64,000 nt of DNA. Source: Lytechinus pictus. Taxonomy: Eukaryota. The DNA lies in the NCBI RefSeq assembly GCF_037042905.1, contig NC_087250.1:25546001-25610000 (forward strand). The letters are read 5' to 3'. Of the stretch, positions 13,187-27,358 are shown piece after piece. Both the position numbers and the translations under genes were made by a program. The stretch's first letter is position 1, and each line of letters starts with the position of its first letter. The notes under the pieces are model-generated. The model was given only the letters and a program-made list of their open reading frames with translations. It was not told the origin of the DNA and ran no database searches.

Positions 13187-14227
13187 CATATATTAATTAG
13201 TACATTATGTAAATTATGCTAATTATGCTAATTACAGCGACTGCATTGGTTAAAAAAAATGTGATAAATGAATTCCTCGCCATAGAAAACCATAGGATAG
13301 CTGTATTATTCATTTTTGGGGGCATTCTCGATATGAAATGACAAAGAAATATGTATTTATATATATATTTTAATTAGTGCATTATGCTAATTATGCTAAT
13401 TACAGCAATTACATTGGTTTAAATTGAAAAAAAAAATAATGTCCTAAATGAATTATTCGCTATAGAAAACCATTAAATTGGTTTGCATTATTTACATGTA
13501 CGTATTGGGCATTTTCTGGATAGACATCCACAAATACATGCATGTATACAGTGTGTTACACTTACGCTAATTAGCTCATTATGCTAATTAGGCTGATTAC
13601 GATAATTGCATAGCTAAACTATTTAAAATATTGTTATGCATGGATTCATAATCACAGGACCTCTTAAACAAATGATGTTATTTATGTTTTTAGTTTTTCT
13701 GGTTTAATAGAAGTAGCATATTACATATCGTACATATGCTAATTAGATGATTATGCTAATTAGGCTAATTAAAAAAATGCTCAAGGTTGCCAAGGTGGCA
13801 ACCAACCTGAATTTACTTCAATACACATCTAAAATACGAATCAACAAAAAAAACCTTGTACTTTTCCAGGTCTTGTACATGGCCTATGAGACCGTCTACT
13901 GGACTAGAGGGAAATCATAGCAGAGAGACAGAGAGAGATAGAGAGGGAGAGAAACAAAAAAGCTTAAACGGAATGATAATTAGGTATTACAAATTGAAGC
14001 AAGGATACTCAGCTTTATATAACGTTAAAAGTAAGTACATAATAAAAAAGAACACATTAAAAACCGACTTTGGAGTGCATAACAAGCTGGGAAGGACAGA
14101 GGCAAGAATGGGCTGAGGATCGATTGCAAGTTCGTTCGAATTGAATTACTTAAAATAATGATAATAAAGGGTAGGCAGGCAAAACGTTGTCAATGATTGA
14201 ATGCTGACATGCGTGATTACAAAAGCT

Positions 14228-15756
14228 TCAGCGTTTAACTTTGTCATTGTACATATGAATTGCATTGGGTACAAACGATTGTCTAAATCGTGAACGGTTA
14301 CTCTTGGGTGCACGGAGGCGAATGCCTGAGCGGTTGAATCCAAAGAAACTGTGCAATGGATGCGATGAATCATTCATGATTGTATGTATTTTTAGTAACA
14401 CACGTTTTTCATACAAAGTACTAATGGGGGGAAGATCCGAGTGAATCAGTCTCTGTGCGATTTTCCTTGGTCTTTCGATTTTTTTCAGATTTTTATTTGA
14501 GAGATTACCAAAAATGCACACACACAAAAAAAATTGAAGTGAGGATACTCTGAATAAGAGATTGGTAGAAAAAAACCAAGATCCTATTATCCACATGAAA
14601 CTCCTTGAGTTTCCTCAAAAAGTGTAACCTTTGACATGCCTTGCCTGCTACAATTTGTGAGTTCTTGTTCCAATTCAGTTTATCATCAATAGTGGTTCCA
14701 AGGTACTTAAATTCAGAAACTTGTTCAATCATTTCATCGTGAATAAGTAATGGTTCATGGGGTTGAGAAGAACGACGAAAATCAAATACCTTTTCCTTAG
14801 TCTTGTTTACGTTAAGAACTAGGTGATGTTGATCACACCAGTTTACAAATTGATCAACTTCCCTAAAATATGACCTACTGTCTCCTAGGATGAAACCAGT
14901 GATGACCGTGTCATCGGCATATTTAATTATTGCACAATTATCGTGGGTGACATTACAATCGCTTGTATAGAGAGAAAAGAGAGTTGGTGAAATTACACAG
15001 CCTTGAGGAGCACCTAAATTTAAACATTTGGTGACAGAATTCAAATTATTGCACTTAACCCATTGTGGTCTGTCTATAAGGAAATTGTAAATAATTCTGA
15101 CAATACAAGGTGAGACATTCATATTTAGTAGTTTATCTATCAGTATGTGAGGTAGTATGGTATTAAAGGCGCTTGAAAAATCTATAAAAACAGACCTGAC
15201 ATAGGACTTGGGAATATCTAAATGCTGATACACGCCCTGAAGAAAGACTAACACTGCGTCTTCGACGCCTCTATTGTTCTGATTTGCAAACTGAGCTTTG
15301 TCAAAAATATGGTTTCTTAGACGCCTTAACAATAAACGTTCAAAACATTTCATAGGATTGCATGTGACAGCAACTGGTCTGTACTGGTTCAATTCACTAG
15401 GGTTTTTAATCTTAGAAACTGGGATAATAATCGAAGATTTCCAAAGACGAGGAATCCTACCAGTACTCATGATCAATTGGTAAATACATGTAAAATCATA
15501 AGCAAGTTGTTGACTACAGTTATTTAAAACTTTGTTGGAAATGTGATCTGGCCCAGATGCCTTATTTACATTTGTCTTTGCAAATACATTCCGTACTTCA
15601 TGTTCACTGATACAAATATCCTCTCTTGGGTCAAGCATTACATCAGACAACCTATCAGTAATTGCATTATTCTGAATTGAAAAATCATGTACATCAAATC
15701 GGGCGTAAAATTCACTTAGACTATCAACAAAATCCTGATTACAATCTATTAATCTC
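14228..15756 (-). pseudogene. RT half of Rex1/Babar-like LINE A
   Basis: ORF track 14505-15857 carries the RT motifs, with a frameshifted C-terminus to 14228. The first 34 or so residues of that ORF come from the tail of element B. Confidence 0.85.
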
Positions 15757-18700
15757 ATAAGGTTCATAAGGTTCATAAGGTAGTATTTATTGTCCAGATA
15801 AATAAATAAGTGGAAATTTGCATTTTTACATGGTATTGAACATACATAACATAGCATAGAAAATGAACATATTTACAGAAAATCAAACAATCACATATAG
15901 TCAATTATGATATACACGTGCAAATGCTACCCACTGGGTAGCATTTGAAAAAAATACTGTTATTGACATTAAAATTAAGATTGAAATGGAAATCTGAACT
16001 GAAAGGTAGATATCGGATATTGAATTGAAATTACATTAGAATTGTAATAAATCAGTACTGTAAATCTTCACAGCATTGTCCACTTGTAATTGTTATTGTT
16101 ATCAGTATTTACATATTATTTTTATTTTCAATATTGTTGTTTTTAAGAATTAACATCAACTACCGGACAAGGTATATTTACATTATTAGGCATATCATTA
16201 TTCTTATACAATCCCTTCCTCATTCAGCATTCGGATTGAGCTTGGCACGAATGAGTTTAAGAACCTATTTGTTCGACAACGTGCTGACCGTAGTCTATTA
16301 CCAGATCTCATCCTTTCGTAGTTTACATTCAATGGGTGATCATTATTGTATAGTATCTCTTTTGCCTGTTCAAGTATTCTGTTTCGACATACATCAGTGA
16401 GGTTTAGGTCGTGTCCTGTTATTTTTTATGCTTGTCTGACCATTCTACTTAGTATATTCAGATCTTTTTTGCGACAGCTTGTGAACCAAACCACACAATC
16501 AAATATGAGGATGCTTTCAATAAGTGATCTATAGAATAAAACCATTATGGTGCGGTCAACATGGAATATATATTGTATTGCCTTCTTGTAAATTGAATTG
16601 CATTGATCTCCCCATTTTAATCCATCTTCAATAATGGTACCTAAGTATTTGAACTTATGAACTATTTCAATTTCCTCTTCATTGATTCTAACACGACAAT
16701 CACTTGGTTCTACTTGTTTATTATTTCTAAAGTCAAATATCATTTCTTTGGTTTTTGTTGCATTGAGATCTAAGAAATTGTCATTACACCAGTCGGTAAA
16801 CCATTTTACACAGTTTAGATACTCAAGTTCACATTCCTTAATTAGACCAACTATAACTGTGTCATCTGCGTATTTGAGAATAGAGACATTTTGAGAAAGG
16901 TAACGACAGTCATTGGTATATAGAACACATAGGATTGCAGAGAGCACACAGCCCTGGGGTGAACCTGTATTCGTTACTATGGGATTGCTCAAAGCATCTT
17001 GGACGCGCACGCGCTGGATTCTATTCCGAAGAAAGTCAGTTAGCCATAAAATTAGGGACGGTTTCACATCCAGACATTTCAGCTTCTCGACAAGTCGATG
17101 GGGTTGAATAGTGTTAAATGCGGACGAAAAGTCAACAAACAAAGTGCGAGCGTACGATTTATTTTCATCTGTGTGCTTGCAGAGAAGATGTGTCAAATAA
17201 AGGATCGCATCTTGAACGGACTTCTTTGGCTGATAGGCGTACTGATGGGGGTCAACCAGGTGCTTTATGGGTTGGAGAATATACTTCAGTATAATTCGTT
17301 CTAGGCACTTCATCGCTATTGAAGTCAATGCTACTGGACGATAGTCGTTATGTTCAGAGGGGCGGGGCTTTTTGGCTACAGGGATAACAATAGAAGACTT
17401 CCAGCAAAGGGGTATCACTTGTTTATCTAACGGAACAAAACGCAAAACGGCAATGCCAGTTCTCTCGAGCAATTACGTAGTACCTTTTCGGTAATTAGAT
17501 CGGGCCCGTATGCCTTCCTTGGATTGATTCTATTGAATTGGGCTAATACATCTCTTTCTTTAATCTTAATAGTATCATCTCGAGAGTCAGTTAATTCAGC
17601 TATCTGTCCGTCTATTATATCACTGAAGTCATGGGTATCAAACCGTCCGTAGAACCTATTAAGTTCATTTGCAATCTTAAAAGGGTCATCAACATTCGCG
17701 AGTGATTGATCTCTTTTGGGAACATAGTCGGTCATTGATTGCAAACACTGCCACGCTGCTCGCGGATTATTATTTTGAAAGTGATTTTCGAGCTTTCTTC
17801 GGTAGTCTCGTTTCGCTCTGTTTATTTCCTGACGCAGTCTAGTGTGAAACGACTTTACGGTTAGTCGATCACCGGCATCGAATGCTTCCTTTCTTGCTTT
17901 GATGATTCCTTTAATATCTTTAGTAATCCAGGGTTTAATATTTGGGTACACCTTAATCGTTTTACTTTGTATATGTAAATCCTGACAAAAGACGATGTAA
18001 TCATTAACTGCACTTGTAATTCCGTTTATGTCGTCCGAAGCTTCGAAGAACACATTCCAATCAGTTATTTGAAAGCATGTTTTGAGGTTGTCAATTGTTT
18101 CATTATTCCACATTTGTACCACTCGTTTCTGTACTTTTTGCGATTTAAGTTTCTGCCGATATTTTGGTAGCAAGTGTATTACGTTATGATCCGAAAGTCC
18201 TATTCCAGGTCGAATTACGGTCTTATAGGAATCTTTAACAGAACAATAACATCTATCCAATATATTCCCTTCTCGTGTCGGCTTGTCAATTACTTGACAA
18301 TAGTTCGGCAACATAGCTTCCAGTCTACAATGATTAAAATCACCGAGTACAATTTTGGGGGAGTCCGGTGATTCAGCTTCCATCTCCCTAACTTTATTTT
18401 GAATAAGCTGTTCTGCTTCATTTTGATTAGCATCGGGAGCAATGTAGACCAGAAATAAATGAACTTGGGGAAATTCTCTGGGCAAGTAGAACGGGCGAAG
18501 TGACACACATAGCATTTCCAGATTTTCGTTGCATGTAGAATTTTTAATTGTAAAGTTCGTACACCATCTATCATTTACATAGAGACATATCCCACCACCG
18601 CGTCTTTTCTTGGTTTGTTGAAATGAACGATCCAATCTCGCTACATTAAAACCATCTATTCGTATACAATCGTCATTAATGTCAGGGTTTAGCCATGTCT

Positions 18701-19211
18701 CTGTAAAACATATTATACTCGAATTCCGGAAATCATTAATGTACCTTGTTAGAGCTTGAATCTCATCCAGTTTATTGCACAGTGAACGAACATTGCTTAG
18801 TGTAATTGCAGGTAATGGGGGTCTGTTTCCCCTTTTCCGAATTCTGTTGCGGATCCCTCCGCGTTTCCCTCTCCGCTTTTGCTGAGGTATGCCATTATCA
18901 TCCTCGCGGGTCGGTGTCCATTCTGGGAGATTCAATGGGCTAGACTTGGACGTTGTGTAGTCGGCTAGGTAATATAAGTATTATCGCGAATACTTGATAG
19001 TAGTAGTTTGTCCGGGTGATGCATATACATGACTATTTTGTGGTAGAACGATTACGAAAAGTAGCACAAAACATACCCAGATGCACGAGATGGATTTGAC
19101 GAACATGATGACATAAACATAACTTGAAAGACAAATCACAAAATCCGGAAAATAAGCGACAAAAACAGAGACAAAATACCATGTAACAGGTCGCCGTAGT
19201 ACAGCGCCCTC
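15757..19211 (-). mobile_element. Full-length Rex1/Babar-like LINE 'B' nested in LINE A
   Basis: ATG at 19106 with an early in-frame stop, APE ORF 18935-17427, RT ORF 17472-16426 (frameshift). AATAAA + (CCTTATGAA)n tail at 15757-15791. GAG is shared at both junctions. Confidence 0.88.
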
Positions 19212-20593
19212 TTCTTAGTGTCCTTATAACCAGTCATGATCTGCATTTGCTGCCATGCAGCTCTTTGATTATTTTCATTAAAGTTCCTTTCCATTGTATT
19301 GTTGTACATCACTTTTGCTCTAGTAACCTGTTTTTTAATTTCCTTCTGTATTGTTTTGACACGTGACTTCTGTCCAGAAAGAAAAGCTTCCCGTTTCTGA
19401 CTCAACAACACCTTCAGTTCCTTCGTCACCCATGGTTTGCTATTTGGATACGACTTAAATTCTTTATGAGGAACCGAAGATTCACAACAAAAATTGATAT
19501 ACCCAGATATAACTGTAGCTGCTTCATCTACCGACTCAGATGAATTAAAAAAAGTGTCCCAATCTGTGCAATCGAAGCTCGCACGCAGTTTTTCGGTAGC
19601 GTCGGAGCTCCATACACGCTGTTTCCTAGCAACTGGTTTGCTCCTTTTCAGCTTTTGGCGATACGATGGTAGAAGCAGTATGTTGTTATGGTCGGAGTTA
19701 CCCAGCTGTGGACAAGTCTTCGATGTGAAAGCATTCGGAATATTACAATAGCATAAATCAAAAGTAGCATCATTACGTGTAGGCTGATGAACAAATTGAT
19801 TATATGTAGGAAGCACTTCATCTAATTTGCATTGATTAAAGTCCCCCAGAATGATCTTAGCCGAGTCTGGTGACAGTGTCTCAAGTTCGTTGACCTTTGA
19901 AGATATTATTCTACTGGCGATATCAACATTAGCATGTGGTGGAATGTATGTTACAAGTACGAAAATCCTATTAATCTCCCTTGGCAAGTAAAAAGGTCTA
20001 AGTCCAACAGCTAGCAACTCGTAGTCAGGTGTACATACTCCCTCTTTCACCGTCCAGTTATTGCACCACTTATTATTGACAAACATACACACACCTCCTC
20101 CACGGGATTTACCTGATTCCGAAGTACGATCACCTCTGACAACCTCGTAATCTCCAATGTCCAAGGCGCTGTCCGGAATGTTCTCATGGAGCCATGTTTC
20201 CGTGAAGCATAGTAAGCATGAATCCCTATACTCGTGCAGAAAACGGACATTTGCACGCAGTTCATCTAATTTGTTGGGTAGGGATCTGACATTACCGAAA
20301 ACGATAAAAGGTAATGGTGGTTTCACTCCTCTCTTCCTCACTCGTTGTCGTACCCCTCCCTTCTTGCCTCTCTTCCGGGGTAGAATTTCACGTGGGAAAT
20401 CAGCGAAGCCCCGTGGTTTGCTACCCGGGGACTGGGCGGTCCGGTAGAACAACAGTTCGGTATGCGTGTAAGAAATAGATCCTTGAGCATTTTGGGCGTG
20501 GCCGTATGAGTACACAGTCATCAAAAGTCGTGAAATCAGTAAAATTGTTAAAAAGATCCGGATCATTAATGAAGCAACACACGAAGAAGGCAT
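19212..20593 (-). pseudogene. APE endonuclease half of Rex1/Babar-like LINE A
   Basis: Motifs RKRGKKGG, GNVRSL, FTETWL, GDFN, SDH. The ORF is cut at TGYKDTKK by the 5' end of element B. Confidence 0.85.
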
Positions 20594-20709
20594 GATGGTA
20601 CATTGACAGTGACGAAAAACGAATAAATATACGATGAAATCAGAGAAATTAAATCCAAAAGATCAGAACAGAAAAAGCCAGTGGTGGTCGCCACAGTGCA
20701 GCGCCCTCT

Positions 20710-21108
20710 AATATCACGTTATCTTCCATCACTCATCGGTACAATGAGACACAAGATGACTACTTAAAAGTTGAGAGCGCTAACCGCCAGCTGAAACTTC
20801 TAGCCAATGAGAGGAAGGCTGACTACGTAGACAATGACAACGTTGATCATTCGATGCATCTCGCCGGTGATGGCGTTCGCCTAAATAGACGCGGTGTTGT
20901 AATCTTCGCCACTAATCTCATCAACTCGTTGAGAAAGCAAATACCCAAGCCACAAGTTGAAGGTCGTTCAACGGATTTTCACTACACTCAACGCACAATA
21001 ACAAATATAGCTCCTCACAATCGGGTGTTCCCACGCGATTGGATGGACTCATTCAGGGCAACAAAAAAGGACTCTCTCGATACGGCAAGAAGACTACTGA
21101 ACAAATAA
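20710..21108 (+). pseudogene. CR1/L2 ORF1 C-terminal half of SGNH esterase
   Basis: Translates as NITLSSITHR...YVDND...DGVRLNRRG (degenerate block V) and rejoins the 5266-6284 frame. Confidence 0.8.
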
Positions 21109-22024
21109 TAAGTCTTACTGAACGTTGTCTGACGCAATGCAAAGTGGGTCTACCATCTTCTGCCTATTTACCGTCCTTGACCACTCGTGAGGGTCATGCC
21201 AACAAACTTGAACTAGAAAATGACTCAGTGTCTCATGATATGACTTTTAAAAAGGATTGTGCTTCTCAGCTAAATTATTTTAAATGTCTTAAATGCGCAC
21301 ACATCAATGTCAGAAGCTTGATTCCTAAAATTGATGAAATAAGGTACCTTATTACTGAGCTAAAGTTAGATATCCTATGCGTTAGTGAATCTTGGCTGAA
21401 AGAAAACATTTCTGACAAGGAAATATTCACTGAGAATTACGATTTTTTGTCAGACGTGACAGAACATCGAAACGTGGGGATGGAGTTTGTTTATATGCTA
21501 AGGAACATTTACATTGCAAAGATAGAAGTGATGTTGTCACTAAATTTGATATCGAAGCAGTGTTAGTCGAAATGTCTTTGAGAAAGACTGATTTATTTGT
21601 CTGATGTATTAACAGACCACCTGATGCCCCGGTTGAATTTTACTCTGAATTACATAATCTCTTAGAACATATGGAATCTGAAGATAAAGAGCTTATCATT
21701 CTAGGCGATTTTAACAATGATTACCAAGTCAATGATTCTCTTGTTGACAATCCATTATATGTCATTGAATGTTTATTTTCTCTGTCACAAATTGTTACGA
21801 TACCTACACGAATCACTCCAACCTCCTCAAAATGTATTGACTTAATTTTTACGACTATACCGGAACAACATTTACTTTCCGATGTCGCCAAGATTGCCCT
21901 CAGTGATCATTATTTGATATTTACATGTATTGATCTCAAACCAGATGAACCTCTACATAAACTGGCCAAGTACAGAGACTTTAAGAAATTCGACGAATCC
22001 CAATTTCTTGAAGATATTCGTAAA

Positions 22025-24480
22025 TGTAGATCTAGATTGGTTGGCGGAGAGGAAAAGGGACGTCTTATCCTTTGCCAATTGTGCAACTTTTCTCCGCTAA
22101 CAAGGATACTTTTAACTTTTATTTGTGCTCATCCTGTTTTGTATAAGTCTTGTCATCATATTAGTGCGTATATTTTCTTCAAAACGTATCACCATCTTGT
22201 GAAACTTTTGAGCTATAATTTTACTGAAGTATGCAGCCCATCGCCATTTTGCTCCACGGCCTTCTACTTTGCTCGCCATCCAGTGGTTCAGCGGTCATGA
22301 TACCAGTACTGTCCGCTGCCTGTTCAATCGCGGCCTTTATACGGTTTGCTCTACCAGAATTGCCATTAACGCATTGGTATGACCTTGACAGCGACCTTGC
22401 CAAACGACTTGCACCCCTCCATCATGACCTATCTTCGGGGGCTACCCCCCCCCTCGAAAGCAGGATATTGTTTTTCGATTTTGTTGCAGATTTTGAACCA
22501 AAAAGTAGCACATCGTCTTTTGAAAGACCCCCCAAAACCCTCAATCAAGTGAAAAGAATGAAGAATAGATTAAGGAAGAGAGCCTTCGCTAAAGACGCCA
22601 CGGAAGATGATCGCCGGAATTTCTACGATGCGCTCCATACATACGACCATCTTCGCGGTTTAGACAGACGCCAGGAACGAATGCGAACTACTGCCCGGGA
22701 AGAAAAGCACTTCAATTCAATTTTTTGGGACTATTGTAAAAGGCTCGTCAACGGATCGTTATATAGTGATACTCCAAGGCCTTCTTTTTCACAGGAATTC
22801 GCCGACGAATACTTCACTTCCCGCTACCAATCGCCTTCAGAAATTATAACTTCAGATCTTAATTGGATTCCAGATACAGCTTGCTCCAGTACACAGGCAA
22901 CCCCACCCCAATTTGACACTACTCCAATTCGTCCATTAATTGCGAAGAATGTTTTACGGAAGAAGAGTTCGCATTCCTCACCTGAACCTGATGGACTGTA
23001 CTATGGTATGTTAAAGAAATTACCTTGCACGCACCACTTTTTAGCTACCCTCTACACCAAGGTGATGCAAACTGGTATTCCTCCTCCTAATTGGTCTAAA
23101 AGTAAAGTTACACTTATATACAAATCTGGCGATACTTCTCAGCCAGGCAAATTTAGGATGATTTCACTGTCAAATGTCGTAGGAAAAATCTATCACCAGA
23201 TATAAGCCGAAAGATTTGAAAATTTTATGATAGATAATAATATATTTGATTGTAACTTACAAAAGGCTTTTCTGAAAGGTATAAATGGATGTACTGAACA
23301 TAATTTAGTGATGCATGAAGTACTATCCCATGCGAAAAGTAAATCTAGGACAGTACATGTGACATGGTTCGATCTGGCCGATGCTTTTGGATCGGTTAGT
23401 CACGATCTTATTCATTACATGTTACAAAGATATAAATTTCCTACTTCTATTCAGTTATACATGAAGACTTTGTACAGCTCACTTTCTGGAAGAGTAATTA
23501 CTAAAGATTGGATTTCAAACGAGTTCAAGTTTCGGAAGGGCATTTTTCAGGGGGACCCACTCTCTCCTCTAATTTTCATTATGTGTTTCGATCCAATAAT
23601 TCAATTTTTGAAGGTTAATTCGGCTTATGGTTAAGATTTGAGTGGAAAACGGATCATAATGACACCTTTTGCCGATGATTTTTGCCTGATATCTAATAAT
23701 AAAAGAACACATCAACGGTTATTAAACCAGATAGACAACCACATCAAATCAATGGGACTATCTTTAAAACCCTCAAAATGCCGTTCTCTTTCTCTTACAT
23801 CTGGAAAGTTTAACGAACTGGAGTTCATGGTTGGGGAAGAGCAAGTGTCTTCGATTGGGAATGACATTCATAAATTTCTCGGGTCTGTAATAACCAAAAA
23901 CCTTGACTCTTCTGACGTTCATGCGTATATTTCAAATAAACTTGAATCTCGTTTGAAAAATATAGATGATTCTTTGATACGTAACGAATATAAACTAAAG
24001 GTTTACTCTCGATACTTGTTGCCATCACTACGCTTTGATCTTACCGTAAATGATATTACCCACTCTCATTGTCTAGCCTTGGATTCTGTTTCTAACGTTT
24101 ATCTTAAGAAATGGTGTGGTATGCCCCCCTCAGCAACGTTGGCTTTTGTACATATGCCAAATGGTCTAAACATTCCGAATATCTCAGATGTATATAGATA
24201 ATGTCATACACTTTCATACGTAACTATGAGAGAACAGGGTGATGAAAATGTAAACCACTGTTTGGATACTCGACTGGAACGAGAGAAGAAATGGGTTAGG
24301 AAGAATTCAACTATTGTTAAATCGGATACTGTATATTCTCAAATCGAACAAAATAGCTTGAAAGGGAAGAAATCTGAAGCAAAAAATCTGCTCACTCAAG
24401 AAGTAAGTGAGATTTGGCATTCACATGTAAAGAATCTACTAGTTCAAGGTCGGTTTCTGGATCTCTTGTCAACAGAAGAC
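22025..24480 (+). mobile_element. R2/NeSL/Hero-group (RLE-clade) LINE RT fragment, 3'-deleted
   Basis: Motifs QKAFLKGINGCTEH, WFDLADAFGSVSH, GIFQGDPLSP, FADD, LKPSKCRSL, GLNIP, with in-frame stops. No CCHC or RLE domain is visible. Confidence 0.75.
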
Positions 24481-26446
24481 AATTGTGTCATCTGTTCTAT
24501 CCGTGAAAGTAAAAAGAATTATGTTGATGATATCTCGAACAAATTTAAGAATAATGCTCGTAAGCTCTGGAAGAATATTATTATGGCAACCGGTAACTCA
24601 AAATTTAGTAACTCTATTGATCATGATCTATCACCCAAATTATTCAATGACTACTTTCCTAATGTTGGTCGCAAAATTGCAAATTCTTTTCATGAAAAAA
24701 AAAACCTTTTTGGAGAAACCCCGACTGTACTCATAGATTTATTTTTGATACGATACCAGACAGTACAGTTTTTTTTTTATTCGAAATTACTTCGGATAGC
24801 TGCGCCACTCATACAAACATCCTTGACATCTGTCTTTAATTATTCGCTCAGAAACGGAATCGTTTTTGATGAATGGAAATACTCAAGAGTTACTCCCATC
24901 TATAAAGGTAAAGGACCCAAGATGCGTGTTCCAACTACAGACCAATATCTGTCGTGTGTCATATAGCTTAGTTAATAGAAAAAATAATCCAATTGAATTT
25001 GCACCAGTATTTAATCTCAAATGAACTTATCACTATTGACCAATCTGCGTTTTTGAAATCACATTCTACGGTAACATGCCTCCATCGCGTCATCGATGAT
25101 TGATACGATGCATTGAATAATCATGATATGATTGGGGCATGTTTCCTTGATATATCAAAATGTTTCGACAGTATTAACCATGAATTATTATTGTTTGAAT
25201 TGAAGAAATATGGTATTATTAATGTTGAATTCAAATGGTTCAAAAAGTTATTTGTCTAACAGAAGACAATCTGTCCGATGTCATGGTCTTCAATCTCAAC
25301 CGATCGATCTTGATATTGGAATTCCACAAGGGGGAGTCATTGGCCCTGATCTTTTTTCTTATTTTTATCAATGACATAGTCCAAAGTGTTTCTAAGGGGA
25401 CTTGTAACATATTTGCTGATGACGTTATTATTTATTGTACTGATTCATCACTGAACAAGATTGAAGAATACAAAATTGTATAAATAGTATCAACGCCTGG
25501 TATACTGAAAACCGTCAGATAAATGCTTCAAAGACTGATGCCATGCTAATCTCTTCGCGTAAATCAAGAAATAGAGGAGAGCTTAGAGTTTAACTTGATG
25601 GAATTGAATTGAAACAAGTAAACAGTGTTAGATATTTAAGTGTTGAAGTTGACTGTTATCTTTTGTGGAAAAATCATGTCAAACAACTCTGTAGATCATT
25701 ATCGTTTAAAGTACATGCACTGAGGCGTTTAAGTTCTATACTAAATATAAATTGTTGAATACATTGTACAAATCTACTATACAGCCATGCATTGACTATG
25801 GTAGTTCAGTTTGGGGTAATTGCTCTGAAAAAAAAAAAACTTATCCATAAACTTCAAAAAAGAGCAGCCCGCATTATTACCAAACAATTCGATTTTTCTG
25901 TAAGTAGTGCCAATCTATTCAAGGAATTAAAGTGGCAGCCTTTTGAAAAAAGACGTGACTATTTTCTTCGTATATTAGCATATCAATGCATTTATGGGCT
26001 TGCACCTTCTAGGTTGTGTAATGAAATTGAAATGTATTTTGACAGACATGGTATCAATACTAGAAATCATAACTCCCTAAACGCAGTCTTGCCAAAACCT
26101 AATAAGGACATTCTTAAACTCTCATCCAAATATGCTGCTATAATAGTCTGGCATTCTTTGCCGACATCAACTCAAAATATCCGATCCCTGCAATCTTTTA
26201 AACGTATTTATAAAGCAAGTTTTTTTAACCAATGTCATTTTTATTCTTTTATCAATTGTTACCTTACCTCCCGAATATTATTTTAGTCTCATCTCTACAT
26301 ATTATTTTTAGTGAATTATTGATATATACATTGTTTTAACTTTTAATTCTCTTAGATTACTATATTATATTTTGTAGTTTTATATTATGAATTCCCTAGT
26401 TACTTTGTTAAATTGTATTTGTTATTTTTAATCTATCTGATGAATT

Positions 26447-26478
<32 letters not shown>

Positions 26479-27208
26479 CAGTGCGTTCCACAAAAAACGA
26501 AACCGAGATTCATCGATGATTTATTATAACTTAATCACAAATTAAATAGACAAATGACCTACCATTGTAAAGCTTAGAATCTCCTCTTTCATCTGAAATT
26601 ACTTAGAGAAACCCACATTTCTAAAAAGTTCAATATCTGCTCTTTAATTTGATACCTCAATTACAGAAAATGGTCAAGAAATAACAAAGTTCTGGTTATT
26701 TGAAATAAGGCTTGAATTTCAATAATTTCATAAAATGAAGAGGTCTTACAGGCTAGCGTTCAGACTCACTCGACACTCCGTTTTGTTGACGATCAGCCAT
26801 GCATTAAGTCTTTTGTTACCATGCGATAGCTTCTGTGGGAAACCAGTGAAAACACGTTCATTTAATGAAATTATGGAAATACAAGCATTGTTTCAAGGGA
26901 TCATAACTTTTTTACTTCTTGACCATTTTCTGTGATTAAGGTATCAAACGAAAGAGCAGATTTTGAACTTCTTAGTCATGTGATTTTCTTTTTGATATTC
27001 AGATACCCCCCGCCAAATGAGTTTTTGGCATCCTTTCTTCGAATTGTTTTTGCTCACTCAGGCGTGAATGAGGAATAATCTAAGTAGTGTCAGATGAAAG
27101 AGGGGATTCTAAGCTTTAAATTGGTACGTCATTTGTCTATAGTATTTATGATTAAGTTATGATAAATCATCGCTAAATCTCGGTTTCGTTTTTTTCTGGG
27201 ACGCACTG
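26479..27208. mobile_element. Tc1/mariner-type MITE in a (TA)n tract
   Basis: TIR CAGTGCGTYCCA(C/G)AAAAAA(A)CGAAACCGAGATT, TA-flanked. Confidence 0.88.
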
Positions 27209-27249
<41 letters not shown>

Positions 27250-27358
27250 CTATATATATTGTAAAGAAATGGATGAAGAGAACAATGGTAGGCGTAGCTT
27301 AAATCAAGGTTCCCCAGAGCTATCTACCCTTTTGGAAAAATTGGTGATGCCGAAAAAA

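Larger units (their letters stand above)
6628..13904. mobile_element. Non-autonomous foldback DNA transposon with long AT-rich inverted arms and a TA duplication
   Basis: TA|GTCCA...TGGAC|TA. 6650-7320 is the reverse complement of part of 12620-13870. The arms are built of about 180-bp subunits rich in GCTAATTA. The purine-rich LINE UTR continues across both flanks. Confidence 0.8.
6285..20709 (-). mobile_element. Rex1/Babar-like LINE 'A' inserted in CR1 ORF1
   Basis: 5' end at about 20709 and APE ORF 20593-19212. RT resumes at 15756-14228 (FIDFSSAFNTI, GAPQGCV, YADD). The 3' UTR is split by a foldback. On the minus strand, an AATAAA + (TGAATC)n tail lies at 6285-6315. Confidence 0.85.
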
